Source: a bacterium (lineage in GTDB: Bacteria > UBA8248). Taken from it: a stretch of 64,000 bases of DNA. The DNA is taken from contig CBDBZY010000044.1 in assembly GCA_965213685.1 (NCBI GenBank), positions 160,001 to 224,000 on the forward strand, given 5' to 3'. Positions 28,367-38,418 of this stretch are shown in pieces. The notes beneath the pieces are model-generated. The model saw nothing but the letters and a program-made list of their open reading frames with translations, did not search any database and was not told the DNA's origin. Within the stretch, counting starts at the first letter, position 1. Every line of letters starts with the position of its first letter. The position numbers were made by a program, and so were the translations under genes.

Positions 28367-29584
28367 ATGGTGGATTACGTTCTGGACGATGATCTGAAAG
28401 CCTGGCGGGAGAGAATCGCCGCATTCTCGCGGGATGAGTTGCGGCCCCACGCCGCGGAATGGGATCGCCGAAACGGCGTGGAGCCTGCGCATCCCTTCCC
28501 CATGGAGGCCTTGAGAAAAGCCTCGAGGGCGGGCATCAGAACCCTGACGGTGCCGAAGGAGATGGGCGGTGCGGGCCTGGGCATATTCGCGCACGTGGTG
28601 CTGCTCGAGGAGCTTTTTCAGGGGGAGGCGGGCTTCGCCTCGGTCATCCACCAGGGCTGGAAGCTGGCCAAGATGCTCTGCCATTTTACGACCGACGCGC
28701 AGCGGGCGGAGTTCCTCCCCCGCTTCATGGACGTGGACACCTCCACCATGGCCATCGGCATGACGGAGCCGGGAGCGGGGACGGACAACATCATGCCCGC
28801 CACGAACGTCGACGGCGGAGCGCGGCTGTCCGCCGTGAAGCGGGGGGATCGCTGGATACTGAACGGGACGAAGCACTTCATCGCCTGCGCGGCGATGAGC
28901 AACGTCAACTTCGTGCTCGGCAGGACGAACCCGAACGTTCCCGTCAACGAGGGAACCACCATGTTCATCACCACCGACGAGATGCCCGGCTTCCGGCGCG
29001 GGACCATCCACGGGAAGCTGGGCGCGCGCCTGCTCATGAACGGCGAGCTCATCTACGAGAACGCCGAGGTGCCCGACGCCTGGCGCCTGAGCGCGGTGGA
29101 TGAGGGGCTGCCCTACATGGCCCGCGTCTTCGCCCGGCACTCGCCCACCACCGCCACCTTCGGCATAGGCATCGCGCGGGCCGCCTTCGAGGACGCCATG
29201 GCCTACGCGAAGGAGCGCGTCCAGGGAGGAAAACCCATCATCGAGCACGCCCGGATTCGCGAGCTGCTGGCCGACATGTATGTGGGCATCACCGTCGCGC
29301 GCGACGCCGTCTGGCGCGCCGCCTGGCACGCGGACACGGCCTCCGAGGGTGCCTACGATCACAAGGAGGGGATGCGCGCCGCCCTGTTCGCCTCCGAGAT
29401 GGCCCCCCAGGTGTGCATCAAGGCGATGAACGTCTTCGGCGGCAACGGCTACATGGACACCCATCCGGCCGAGCGCCACCTGCGCGACGCGATGATGTGC
29501 TACCACATCGATGGCCTGAACGACACCACGCGCCTGAAGCTGGGCCGCCTCCTGGCGGGAGAGGCGTTCGCCGGCGCGCTGTAG
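28367..29584 (+). CDS. Acyl-CoA dehydrogenase
   Basis: MTEPGAGTD, LNGTKHFI, FGGNGY, ERHLRDA. Confidence 0.92.
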   Translation: MVDYVLDDDLKAWRERIAAFSRDELRPHAAEWDRRNGVEPAHPFPMEALRKASRAGIRTLTVPKEMGGAGLGIFAHVVLLEELFQGEAGFASVIHQGWKLAKMLCHFTTDAQRAEFLPRFMDVDTSTMAIGMTEPGAGTDNIMPATNVDGGARLSAVKRGDRWILNGTKHFIACAAMSNVNFVLGRTNPNVPVNEGTTMFITTDEMPGFRRGTIHGKLGARLLMNGELIYENAEVPDAWRLSAVDEGLPYMARVFARHSPTTATFGIGIARAAFEDAMAYAKERVQGGKPIIEHARIRELLADMYVGITVARDAVWRAAWHADTASEGAYDHKEGMRAALFASEMAPQVCIKAMNVFGGNGYMDTHPAERHLRDAMMCYHIDGLNDTTRLKLGRLLAGEAFAGAL

Positions 29585-29690
29585 GGCGAGCGCCTCGGTT
29601 CGTCGATTCGGGATGGCGGAGGGGTTTCCTCATGGCCTCATCGGGGTGCCCGCCGATAGGGGCCTGTGGCGGCGGCGCGCTCCCCCGGGG

Positions 29691-30521
29691 CTAGGCGACG
29701 CCGCGTTTCCTCTTCCATTTCCGGAAATCTCTCCGGGCCTCTTCCGGCAACGCATGCCCGGGCTGCTTGTGATGGCACTCCACGCACAGGGCGCAGAGGT
29801 TTGCCAAACGATTGTCGGATTTGTCCCCGTTCATGTGATGGGCGTGAAGAAATTTTCTCGCTCTTTCCTCTTCGAGCAGGATGTCGCACTCCTCGCATCG
29901 CCACTGCGCTCTCTCCCGGCATATGCGTGAAAATGTTCCTTTATGGGAGGAATACGTGTTCGGGGGGACGGTGAGGAAATCCGGGTTTTTGGGGCGGGAG
30001 ACTTTCGTCTCTCCATATTTTTCAAAGAATTCCTGCAGGGAAAATTTGGCATATATTTGGTTTCTTTTAGTTTGTCCTCTTTTAGACCATCCACCTATGT
30101 TGTAACCCTTGTAGTTCAAACACCCTAAGCAATTTCTACATACGCGCATCTTTTTGAGTTTTTCTTTCGACGCGTTCTCGCGAACCCAAAAATTCCCGTC
30201 CGTCCGGGTCGATGCAACATATCTGTTGTTAAATCGGTCGGTCCTTTGGAACTCTTGTATGGTGTTGCAATTCGCCACATGGAATTTGTATGTATCATAA
30301 TGAGCGTGTTGGTCCCGAATATAGACGAGAACCTTGCGCCCCTTGAAGGTTATTGGGTCGTGGGGGCCGGTCACCCCTATCTCATCCGGGGTAACAGATA
30401 CCCCTTCCCCACCCAGGATAATGTCTATTTTTGTGGGCCCTTGCGGGTCAGGAACCAGTTTTTCGATGCCCATTTTCCAGAGAACCGCATCCAATTCGTC
30501 AAATCCGACATCAATTTTCAT
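29691..30521 (-). CDS. zorE: Zorya type II HNH nuclease effector
   Basis: VLVYIRDQ, KFHVANC, VCRNCL, W.CEEC, HAHHMNGDKSDN..NL..LC..CH; ATGA overlap with zorB. Confidence 0.85.
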   Translation of the reverse strand: MKIDVGFDELDAVLWKMGIEKLVPDPQGPTKIDIILGGEGVSVTPDEIGVTGPHDPITFKGRKVLVYIRDQHAHYDTYKFHVANCNTIQEFQRTDRFNNRYVASTRTDGNFWVRENASKEKLKKMRVCRNCLGCLNYKGYNIGGWSKRGQTKRNQIYAKFSLQEFFEKYGETKVSRPKNPDFLTVPPNTYSSHKGTFSRICRERAQWRCEECDILLEEERARKFLHAHHMNGDKSDNRLANLCALCVECHHKQPGHALPEEARRDFRKWKRKRGVA

Positions 30522-31237
30522 GGCTTCCCCTTCTCGTTGATGATCTGCACGATTCTTTTCTCCGCGTTCGTCCGCACGCGAAACTCCACCCTCCTGGATC
30601 GCTCCCGGTTCTCGCGGCCATTCTCCAGCACCGGCTTGCTCGAGGAGAGGCCGTTCGCGGTGAGCCTCCGCTTGAGCCACCCGAAATCCCGGGATACCGC
30701 CGCCAGATTCAATACGTATTCCAGAACCGCCCGCGTCCTTTGCTGGGAGAGTTCCATGTTCTTGAAATAGGCGGTTTTCGCGTCGGGCGATATCCCCCAC
30801 TCGCTGGAGGTGTGGCCTTCGATGCGCACCTCCTCGATGTCGGCCTTGTATTTCGGGCCGGTGAGAATCTTCACGTATCGGGGGAAGAAGTCGACGAGGA
30901 TGTTCTGAAACTTCTCTTTCAGTGCGGCTTCCGCCTGCCCGAAAAGCACCTCGGGCTCCTGGAAGGTGATGGACAACGTGGCGCGATCTATCTGCGCGGA
31001 CCATCTCGGCAGGTCATCCGCAAACTCGCGCTTCAGGTCGTCATACAGGCTGTCCTGGAGGCGGTTGTAGGTGACGGCGATTTCCTCGATGCGCTGCTTG
31101 TCCGCCTGTACCGTGACCATGAATATGACGGTCAGGAACATGAAGATCATCATGGTCACGGCCATGACGTCCGCGATGGATATCCACGGCCCTTCATTTT
31201 CTTCTTCCTGGAGTGCATCAACGTCATGCATCGCCAT
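30518..31237 (-). CDS. zorB: Zorya MotB/OmpA-like protein
   Basis: WISIADVM TM helix with conserved Asp; IEGHTS, NMELSQQR, SRRVEF. Confidence 0.9.
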   Translation of the reverse strand: MAMHDVDALQEEENEGPWISIADVMAVTMMIFMFLTVIFMVTVQADKQRIEEIAVTYNRLQDSLYDDLKREFADDLPRWSAQIDRATLSITFQEPEVLFGQAEAALKEKFQNILVDFFPRYVKILTGPKYKADIEEVRIEGHTSSEWGISPDAKTAYFKNMELSQQRTRAVLEYVLNLAAVSRDFGWLKRRLTANGLSSSKPVLENGRENRERSRRVEFRVRTNAEKRIVQIINEKGKP

Positions 31238-33200
31238 TCGCCTTTCTTAGTATATCCATGACGCGCTTCAGCGCTGCTGCCAATGGCGTATAATCACTGG
31301 CGAATTGTTCCGATATGCTCGCCATTCTGCGCCCCAACTGGCTCAGCGTTTCTTTGAGTGCGTCTTCGAGTCCCTTGTTTATCGCATTCATCCTCGCATC
31401 GGTGCTCTCCTTGGCGCTGGTGAAGGCTTCCTCTACGTGAGTATTTAGTCGTGCGGCTACATCGGAGACGATCGTTTTCTGTTGCTCTTCGGCGTCCTCC
31501 ATGTATGCGCGCATGTGCTCGATGCTTTGCTTGGACGATTTGCTTACTTGCTCCATGGCGGCGGTGGCTGTTTCGTCCAGTTTGGAGAATCCGGCGATCA
31601 CCTTTTCGATGAATGCCCGTTGTTCGTCCAGCGTTTTCTGGTTTTCTTCCATGGACCGCCGCACGGCGCTGGCGAAACCCTCCGTGAGTTCGCCTACCTT
31701 GGCCCGTTGTTCGTCCAGGTTTTTCTGATTTGCCTCCATGGACCGCTGCACGGCCTCGGAAAGATTTTCTGACATTTGGAGGATCGCCTGCTCCGCGCTG
31801 GTGAAGGCTTCCTCTATGTGAGTTCTCAGTCGTGCGGCTACATCGGAGAAGATCTTTTTCTGTTGCTCTTCGGCGTCCTCCATGTATTTGCGCATGCGCT
31901 CGATGTTTTGCTCGGACGATTTGCTTACTTGCTGAATGGCGGCGGTGGCTGTTTCGTCCAGTTTGGAAAATCCGGCGATCACCGTCTCGATGAATTTCCG
32001 TTGTTCGTCCAGCGTTTTCTGGTTTTCTTCCATGGACCGCCGCACGGCGCTGGCGAAACCCTCCGTGAGTTCGCCTACCTTGGCCTCCAGGGTGGGCAGA
32101 AGCTCCTTGGCTTTCTCCGACACGTCGGCGAACTGCTTCATGTAATCCGCCAGGGATTTCCTTTGCTCCTCAATGGCGCTAAGAACGGGAGCGAGCTTCT
32201 CCGCCGACTCGGTGATGGCCCAGCTGTGCTGTGCTATCTCGGCGATGGCGTCCCGCGTCTGCTCGGTGGCGGAGACCGTCCTCTCAAACTGCGCGATCAT
32301 CGCTTGCGTTTGCTCCGCGTATTTGTCCTGCCAGACGACGAGCTTCTCGACCGCCTGGTTGAGCTGCCGGAAGTTGTCCCCGAACTGCTCGTTTATCTTC
32401 GCGTTGAAATCCCGAATCACCTCCTCCAGGGCTTTGATGAGCGCCTGGCTGTTCGCCTCCGCCATTTTTTCCGCGAAAGCCCGGAACTCCCCGATGAGTT
32501 CGTCCTGCTTGTCGGCGAAGGCGGTGCGGAATTTCTGTACCTGGGTGAGCATGGAGGCCTCCCCCTCGCCCGAGACCGAGGCGCGGATGCTCTCCAGGCT
32601 TTCGAGCGTCTGCCCGTGGTTCGTCTTGTCGGCTTCCGCCTGCGCTCTCAGAAGGCTCTCAAGGGCTTGAACGGCGGCCAGCGCCTCCTTGTGGCTCTCC
32701 TTTCCCGCTTCCGTCTGCGCGTGCAGCGCCTCCGTTTGTCTTCGGAGAAGTTCTGAAACGGTGGCGCCCTCCTCCACCGCTCTGCGCCGGAGGAAGATTC
32801 TGCGCCAGAGTGGGATGGCCGCGCGATCGATGATTCTCGTAAAAAGAGTCGCTACGATGCCGAATATGGAGGTGAGGAACGCTGTTTTCAGGCCGGCGAG
32901 AAGGGGCGGGACGCTTTTTTCTATGTCGTTGGAATCAAAATCGAAGAGGCCGATATAGATGCCGACGAATGTTCCCAGAATGCCGACGACGGTGGTGATG
33001 GACTGCGAGAATTTTCGGCAGTTCCGCGTCCATAGAAGAGCGAGGCAACAAGCTACAATCCCCAGGCAAAACCATTGCGTGATTTGATCCGGGGTGATTT
33101 GATCCGGGGAGGTTTCGGGGTTCAGGACAGGCTGCAAATACCGATAGAGAGACGGATGCAGAGCGTGCAGGGGCGAAACAAGAGTGCGCAGGGAATCCAC
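31224..33200 (-). CDS. zorA: Zorya MotA-like membrane protein with long helical tail
   Basis: GILGTFVGI, LAGLKTAFLTSIFG, FGDNF..LN, C-terminal F.SDYTPL; about 500-aa helical tail. Confidence 0.9.
   Translation of the reverse strand: MDSLRTLVSPLHALHPSLYRYLQPVLNPETSPDQITPDQITQWFCLGIVACCLALLWTRNCRKFSQSITTVVGILGTFVGIYIGLFDFDSNDIEKSVPPLLAGLKTAFLTSIFGIVATLFTRIIDRAAIPLWRRIFLRRRAVEEGATVSELLRRQTEALHAQTEAGKESHKEALAAVQALESLLRAQAEADKTNHGQTLESLESIRASVSGEGEASMLTQVQKFRTAFADKQDELIGEFRAFAEKMAEANSQALIKALEEVIRDFNAKINEQFGDNFRQLNQAVEKLVVWQDKYAEQTQAMIAQFERTVSATEQTRDAIAEIAQHSWAITESAEKLAPVLSAIEEQRKSLADYMKQFADVSEKAKELLPTLEAKVGELTEGFASAVRRSMEENQKTLDEQRKFIETVIAGFSKLDETATAAIQQVSKSSEQNIERMRKYMEDAEEQQKKIFSDVAARLRTHIEEAFTSAEQAILQMSENLSEAVQRSMEANQKNLDEQRAKVGELTEGFASAVRRSMEENQKTLDEQRAFIEKVIAGFSKLDETATAAMEQVSKSSKQSIEHMRAYMEDAEEQQKTIVSDVAARLNTHVEEAFTSAKESTDARMNAINKGLEDALKETLSQLGRRMASISEQFASDYTPLAAALKRVMDILRKANGDA
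31414..32085 (-). repeat. Internal direct repeat in the zorA tail (291-nt copies at 31414-31704 and 31795-32085, period 381 nt)
   Basis: AKVGELTEGFASAVRRSMEENQKTLDEQR...EEAFTSA occurs twice with near-identical DNA. Confidence 0.92.
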
Positions 33201-33341
33201 AGGCGGCGGACCTTTTCCGGCTCAGCAAGTTTCAAAAGAAAATGTAATAAGAATGCGTTTCAATAACCCTCCAATATAGGACGCGAGAGGCGCCCTGTCA
33301 ATTTTATCCGGCGCGCGCCCTTGTTCTCGGGCCTCCCCCCC

Positions 33342-33926
33342 CTACCTCCTCGGGTGGTGGTCGATGCCCCGGAAGGCGTTGATGAAGCCCGTGATGCGCG
33401 CCTCGTCAAAGGCGTCGAGCGTGTCGATCTTGCCCCAGGCGGTGAGGGCGATTCTGTGCTTCATGGCGGGATAGGGGGCGAGGATGACGAACTTCGGGTA
33501 GCCGCGCACGATGTTTTCCAGCTTCCGGACGAGTTCGGGGCAGTCGGAGCAGTTGTACTGGACGAGCACTCCGCCGTCCTCGAGGTTGTGCACCTGGAAT
33601 CCGCGGTCGATGGGCCGCCGGTGCACGCCCCAGCGGACGATGGTCGGGTAGTGCGGCCCCGAGGTGGGCGGGTCCGTGTTGTAGGTGATGGCCTCGCTCG
33701 TGCCGACCCGGATGTGGCGGTTGCCGAGGGAGGGAACGGAGCGGGCCTGGTTCTCTGTGGAGCCTGCGAAATAGAAATAATAGACGCCGGAGACGATGGC
33801 GACGATGACGCCCGCCCACACGAGCGAGGCTGCGCGCCTGTTCTTCGAGCCGACGGCCGCACGTGCGCGGCTGCGCCTGGTGCTGGTGCCCTTCGTTTTT
33901 TTCCTCTTTCCGGGTTTGCGGGACAA
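33342..33926 (-). CDS. DUF3105 family membrane-anchored protein
   Basis: One TM helix, YNTDPPTSGPH, VHNLEDG, YNCSDC, ALTAWG. Confidence 0.85.
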   Translation of the reverse strand: MSRKPGKRKKTKGTSTRRSRARAAVGSKNRRAASLVWAGVIVAIVSGVYYFYFAGSTENQARSVPSLGNRHIRVGTSEAITYNTDPPTSGPHYPTIVRWGVHRRPIDRGFQVHNLEDGGVLVQYNCSDCPELVRKLENIVRGYPKFVILAPYPAMKHRIALTAWGKIDTLDAFDEARITGFINAFRGIDHHPRR

Positions 33927-33935
33927 GACGGGAAT

Positions 33936-33987
33936 CCTCCGGGTTTTGCGTATGGCGGCGCGCCCCCAAAATACGCAAACGGGAGGG
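33936..33987 (-). promoter_or_regulatory. Leader hairpin occluding the DUF3105 ribosome-binding site
   Basis: Minus-strand CCTCC-CG-TTTGCGTAT...ATACGCAAA-ACCC-GGAGG, with GGAGG 9 nt before the TTG start. Confidence 0.45.
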
Positions 33988-34188
33988 CGGGAACAACCGA
34001 GCGGGGCTGGGCCTAGAGACGAAATCGGACGGGGATGATGAGTTGCGCGTCATGGCGGTTTTCCTATACATTGATGGCGAACAAGGGGTCGTTCGATTGA
34101 CGCATCCCGGGAGCGTGCGCCGGCGCTCTCATGGTTCCGGGGCCACCTGTCGGGGAAAATACAAGGCTATGGGGAGGCCAGGCCGAGA

Positions 34189-34527
34189 ATGAAAATCAAG
34201 ATGGAGCGAGCAGACACAACGCTGGTTGTCGAGGTGGACGGCCGCATCGACGGCGTCACTGCCCCAGAGTTCGAGGACACCATCAAGACCGCCACCAGCG
34301 AGGGCGACCGCGCCGTGATCGTGGGTTTCGAGGGCGTCTCGTATATCAGCAGCGCAGGCCTTCGCGCCGTCCTGCTGATCGCCAAGGACCTTTCGAGGCG
34401 GGACGCGAAGTTCGCGCTCTACTCGCTCGAGAGCCTGGTTCGCGAGGTTTTCGAGATATCGGGATTCGACCACATCATCCAGATACATTCCTCGAAGGCG
34501 GAGGCCATCGCCGCGACCGGCGATTGA
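34189..34527 (+). CDS. STAS anti-sigma-factor antagonist (RsbV/SpoIIAA-like)
   Basis: GRID, YISSAGLR phospho-Ser motif, EVFEISGF. Confidence 0.92.
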   Translation: MKIKMERADTTLVVEVDGRIDGVTAPEFEDTIKTATSEGDRAVIVGFEGVSYISSAGLRAVLLIAKDLSRRDAKFALYSLESLVREVFEISGFDHIIQIHSSKAEAIAATGD

Positions 34528-34652
34528 CCGGCGCCCGGCAAAGGGGCACTCCCCCCGCCCGGCGCCCTCTGCCCTCTCGGGTGAAGGCGGCCGCTGTGCG
34601 CGCCATCCTCCCCCTCCTCCGGAGTTCTTTCCGGAAATTGACGGCGCGCTCT

Positions 34653-36818
34653 TCAGGGTTGGCTGGGAATTTCCACGATCATTTCGGTGAATGCGTCCGC
34701 CTCGGATTCGACGCGGATCCTCCCGCCGTGCTGGCGGACGATGTCATTCGAGAGGGCGAGGCCGAGGCCGGTGCCCTGGTCGGTAGGCTTCGTCGTGAAG
34801 AACGGGTTGAATATCTTGTCGACGACGTCGGGCGGTATCCCGTGCCCGTTGTCCCGGATGCGGATTTCGACGTGCTCCGGCGTGCGCCGGGTGACGAGGC
34901 GCAAGGTCGGTTCGTACCGCGTCGCTTCCTCTCCCGCACCGGGTGCCTCGCCCGTCTCGACGTCGCGCCGCTTCGCGGCGGTGGCGTGGCAGGCGTTGCT
35001 CACCATGTTCAGGAAGACGCGCCCCAAATCCTGCGGAACGGCTTCGTATTCCCCCATGTCGGGGTCAAACTCCTCCTGTATCGAGAGGCGGAAGTCCGGG
35101 TCGCTCGCCCGCGCGCTGTGGTAGGCGAGCCGCGCGTGCTGGCTGAGCAGGGCGTTGATGTCGGTCGGTTGCCGCTCTCCCGTTCCCCTGCCCATCATGA
35201 GCATGCTCTGGACGATGTTGTTGGCCCGCTCGCCGTGTTCGCGGATCCGTTGGAGGTTGTCGGTGAGGTCGCCGCCGATTTCGCGGATCAGCTCGCCCGG
35301 GTCGCCTTCCTGCCCGTTGCCGCTCTCGGGGAGAATTTTCTGGACCTCCTCCCGGAGCTCTTCCATCAACTCCTCGGAGACTTCCGAGAAGTTCTTGATG
35401 AAGTTCAGCGGGTTGCGTATCTCGTGGGCGACGCCCGCCGTCAGCTCGCCGAGTGCCGCCAGCTTCTCGCTCATGACGATCTGATCCTGCGCCTTCTGGA
35501 GGTCGGCCAGCGCGCTCTCGAGCTGGTCGTTCTTGCCGCTGAGCTCCTCGGCCAGCTTTTCCACCAGGTTCAGGCGTTGCACCTCCAGAGCGTGGCGGCG
35601 GAAGATTTCCAGGGCCGTGGCCATCTCCGCCACCTCGCCGCGTCCGATGATATCGACCTTCGCCTCGAGGTCGCCGTCGGCCATGCGGCGCATCCGGTCC
35701 GAGAGCCGCCCGAGCCGGCGCGAGAGCATCCGGCCGACGAACAGCCAGGCGATCAGCACCGCCCCGACGAAGCTGATGACGCTGAGGGCGAGCAGGAGGT
35801 TGCGCCCGGTGTGAATCGCCTCGCCCGAGGCGCGGGTGGCTTCCCGCGCACTCTCCCGTGCCGCGCTCACGAGGCCCTCGGTCTGGGCCAGGAGCTTCGC
35901 GGCGAGGTCGCGATTGTGCGCGAGCAGCGCCCGCTGCTGCTGGTCGATCTCCAGCTCCCGCTTGCGGAGGTTGAAGCCCCCGTCCCGCCCGATGCTCAGC
36001 TGAATCATCCGGGTGAAGTGGGGCGCGAGCTTCGCGCGGATCGGGGAGGCGCCCAAGGCGGCCAGGCGCCGCTCTATGCCGCGGACCGTGGCCTCAAAGC
36101 GCTCCCGCAGGGGTTCGAGCAGGGCGGCGTCCGAGACGTTGAAGGCGGTCGCCAGAAGCTGCGTTCCGATGGCGGCGTCCGACTGCAGCTCGGCCAGGTA
36201 GCGATAGAGGTTGAATTCCTCTTCCGAGAAGTGCCGCGCCCTGGGCGCGGGCGCCTCGCCGAGGTTGCGATAGCCCGTCATCGCGAAAAACAGCTGGTCG
36301 TCGATTGCGGGCACCAGGATGTTGGCCAGCTCGCTGCGCACCCAGGAGAGTTCGAGGTGGAGCGTATCCCGCAGGTCGATGAGCTCAAAGCGATGCAGCA
36401 CGGAGGCCTTGATGGCCTCGATGTTGGCGATCAGCGCGTCGCCGCGCGCCCGGATGCGCTGGAAACGCCCCTCTTTCCCGCCTTGCCGCGTCAGCGTTGC
36501 CAGCTCCGTCTCGAACGCCGTGCGATCCTTGGCGACCTCGTCGGCTATCCGGGCGAGGTCCTCCGGCTCCTCGACCGTCGTCAGGCGGGGGGCGGCGGTC
36601 ACGAGGGCGCCGCTTTTTTGGGCGACCCCGAAGGCGGCCACCAGCGCCGGGACGCTGGCCTCGTTCACGCGGCTCTGGGCGTCGCCCACCCGGTCGAACG
36701 ATACCCAGCCCACCAGGCTCGCGACGATGGTGAGAATGACGGCGCCGAAGATGCCCAGGTAGAGCTGCGTCGATATTTTGAAGCGGCTGTCGAGAACTTT
36801 CTGCAGCAGCGGGGTCAT
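34653..36818 (-). CDS. Membrane sensor histidine kinase (TorS-like periplasmic domain, HAMP, HisKA, HATPase)
   Basis: Two TM segments, HAMP, AHEIRNPL, DNGHG, FNPFFTTK, GTGLGL; start MTPLLQ overlaps upstream stop. Confidence 0.9.
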   Translation of the reverse strand: MTPLLQKVLDSRFKISTQLYLGIFGAVILTIVASLVGWVSFDRVGDAQSRVNEASVPALVAAFGVAQKSGALVTAAPRLTTVEEPEDLARIADEVAKDRTAFETELATLTRQGGKEGRFQRIRARGDALIANIEAIKASVLHRFELIDLRDTLHLELSWVRSELANILVPAIDDQLFFAMTGYRNLGEAPAPRARHFSEEEFNLYRYLAELQSDAAIGTQLLATAFNVSDAALLEPLRERFEATVRGIERRLAALGASPIRAKLAPHFTRMIQLSIGRDGGFNLRKRELEIDQQQRALLAHNRDLAAKLLAQTEGLVSAARESAREATRASGEAIHTGRNLLLALSVISFVGAVLIAWLFVGRMLSRRLGRLSDRMRRMADGDLEAKVDIIGRGEVAEMATALEIFRRHALEVQRLNLVEKLAEELSGKNDQLESALADLQKAQDQIVMSEKLAALGELTAGVAHEIRNPLNFIKNFSEVSEELMEELREEVQKILPESGNGQEGDPGELIREIGGDLTDNLQRIREHGERANNIVQSMLMMGRGTGERQPTDINALLSQHARLAYHSARASDPDFRLSIQEEFDPDMGEYEAVPQDLGRVFLNMVSNACHATAAKRRDVETGEAPGAGEEATRYEPTLRLVTRRTPEHVEIRIRDNGHGIPPDVVDKIFNPFFTTKPTDQGTGLGLALSNDIVRQHGGRIRVESEADAFTEMIVEIPSQP

Positions 36819-37999
36819 GGTTGCGTCTGATGCTGCAGCGCCTGGACGGGATGGTAGCCGCCATCCTTGCCGATGACGGTGAGAAACACGGCGTCCGAAC
36901 CCTGGTTGTCGTTCTTCCCGTAGCGGAGCCGGAACCCGTCGAGGTCGACGACGGCGGCGCGGCGCAGGCCACCGAGAAAACAGGCGCGGTCGGGTTTCGG
37001 GCCGCAGAGTTCGAGGGCGAAGATGGCCAGGCGGCCCGCCAGATAGCCCTCGAAGGAGACGAAGCCGGGCGCCGCGTCGGGCGCATGGGCCTTCAGCGCC
37101 TGGCGGTAGGCCGCCGCGACGGGGAGGTCGTTCGTCGCCGGGAAGGGAACCACCTGCGTGACGAAGACCCCGTGGCCCGCCAGGCCGAGCTCGCGCACCA
37201 ACGCGTTGCCGCCCACGAAGGAGATCGTCATGAAGATCGGCTTGAAGTTCGTGTGCCGCGCCCAGGCGATCAGGGCCGCGACCGGTTTGTAGGCGCCGAT
37301 GAGTATCACCGCTCCGGGGTTCGCGCGGCGCAAGTCGAGCAGGGCCGTCTTGACCGCCGTCGTGTTTCGCGGATAGACCCCGATGGCCGCCATCTCCAGG
37401 TCGCGCCGCTTGAGGGCGCGGCGAACGCCGCGGTAACCCGCCCGCCCGAAGGAATCGTCCTGGTACAGCACGGCGATGCGGTAGATGCCCAGGTCCTGGA
37501 TCAGGTGCTCGACCATCTCCTCGGTCTCCTGAAAGTAGGAGGCGCGCAGGTTGATGACGTTTTTCCACTTCGGGTCGCGCAGGAAGGCGGCGCCGGTGAA
37601 GGGGGCGATATAGGGAACGCCCGCCGCCGCCGCGACCGGGGTGGCGGAGCGCGAGGTGGGCGTGCCGACCGCGCCGATGAGCGCGAAGACCTTCTCCTCC
37701 TCGATCAGCCTGCGGGTGTTGGCGATGGCGGCTTCCGGCTCGTAGGCGTCATCGAGGACGGAAAGCGCGAGCCGGCGTCCGTGAACGCCGCCGCGCTCGT
37801 TCACCGCGCGAAAGGCGGCCTCGATGCCGACCCGCATGCTCTCGCCCAGCTCCCGGGCGGGGCCGCTCAGGGCGGCGGACTGGCCGAACAGGATGCGCTG
37901 GGGAGAAACGCCGGGCGCGGCCGCCGCCGGGGACGCGGGAAGCGCCGCGCCCGCGCCGAGCAGAAGCGCCCAGAGGGTGCGGCGGAGCCGACGCCTCAT
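36815..37999 (-). CDS. Periplasmic ligand-binding protein (LivK-like)
   Basis: Signal peptide, FGQSAALSGP, DDAYEP, VGTPT, NLRASY. Confidence 0.88.
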   Translation of the reverse strand: MRRRLRRTLWALLLGAGAALPASPAAAAPGVSPQRILFGQSAALSGPARELGESMRVGIEAAFRAVNERGGVHGRRLALSVLDDAYEPEAAIANTRRLIEEEKVFALIGAVGTPTSRSATPVAAAAGVPYIAPFTGAAFLRDPKWKNVINLRASYFQETEEMVEHLIQDLGIYRIAVLYQDDSFGRAGYRGVRRALKRRDLEMAAIGVYPRNTTAVKTALLDLRRANPGAVILIGAYKPVAALIAWARHTNFKPIFMTISFVGGNALVRELGLAGHGVFVTQVVPFPATNDLPVAAAYRQALKAHAPDAAPGFVSFEGYLAGRLAIFALELCGPKPDRACFLGGLRRAAVVDLDGFRLRYGKNDNQGSDAVFLTVIGKDGGYHPVQALQHQTQP

Positions 38000-38418
38000 C
38001 CATTTCTCCGCTTGATGAGCGTCAGGTGGTTCCTGTCCGCCTCCCGCCGATAGCGCACCTCGTCCATCATCGTCCGCACCAGGTGGAGGCCGAGCCCGCC
38101 CACGGGGCGCTCCTCGACGCTGGAGTGCAGATCCGGCGGGGGCGCTTCGGTCAGCGGGTCGAACGGACGGCCGTCGTCTATTATCTCGATGGTCACCGAC
38201 TCCACGTCCGAGGTGAGCTCGATTTCCACCTCGTGGCCCTCGCCGTTGTTGTATCCGTGGTTCACGATGTTGAGCCCCAACTCCTCCAGCACGATCTTGA
38301 GGCGGAATTCCAGGTCGGACGGCCAGTTTTCCGCCTGGGCGAATTCCGTGACGGCGACGTTCACCCGCTCCAGCTCGCCCGCGTCCGCGCCCATGCGCAA
38401 GGAGAGTTTCGCGCTCAC
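37996..38418 (-). CDS. Anti-sigma factor Ser/Thr kinase (RsbW-like)
   Basis: EE...NIVNHG, DDGRPFDP, GGLGLHLV. Confidence 0.9.
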   Translation of the reverse strand: MSAKLSLRMGADAGELERVNVAVTEFAQAENWPSDLEFRLKIVLEELGLNIVNHGYNNGEGHEVEIELTSDVESVTIEIIDDGRPFDPLTEAPPPDLHSSVEERPVGGLGLHLVRTMMDEVRYRREADRNHLTLIKRRNG

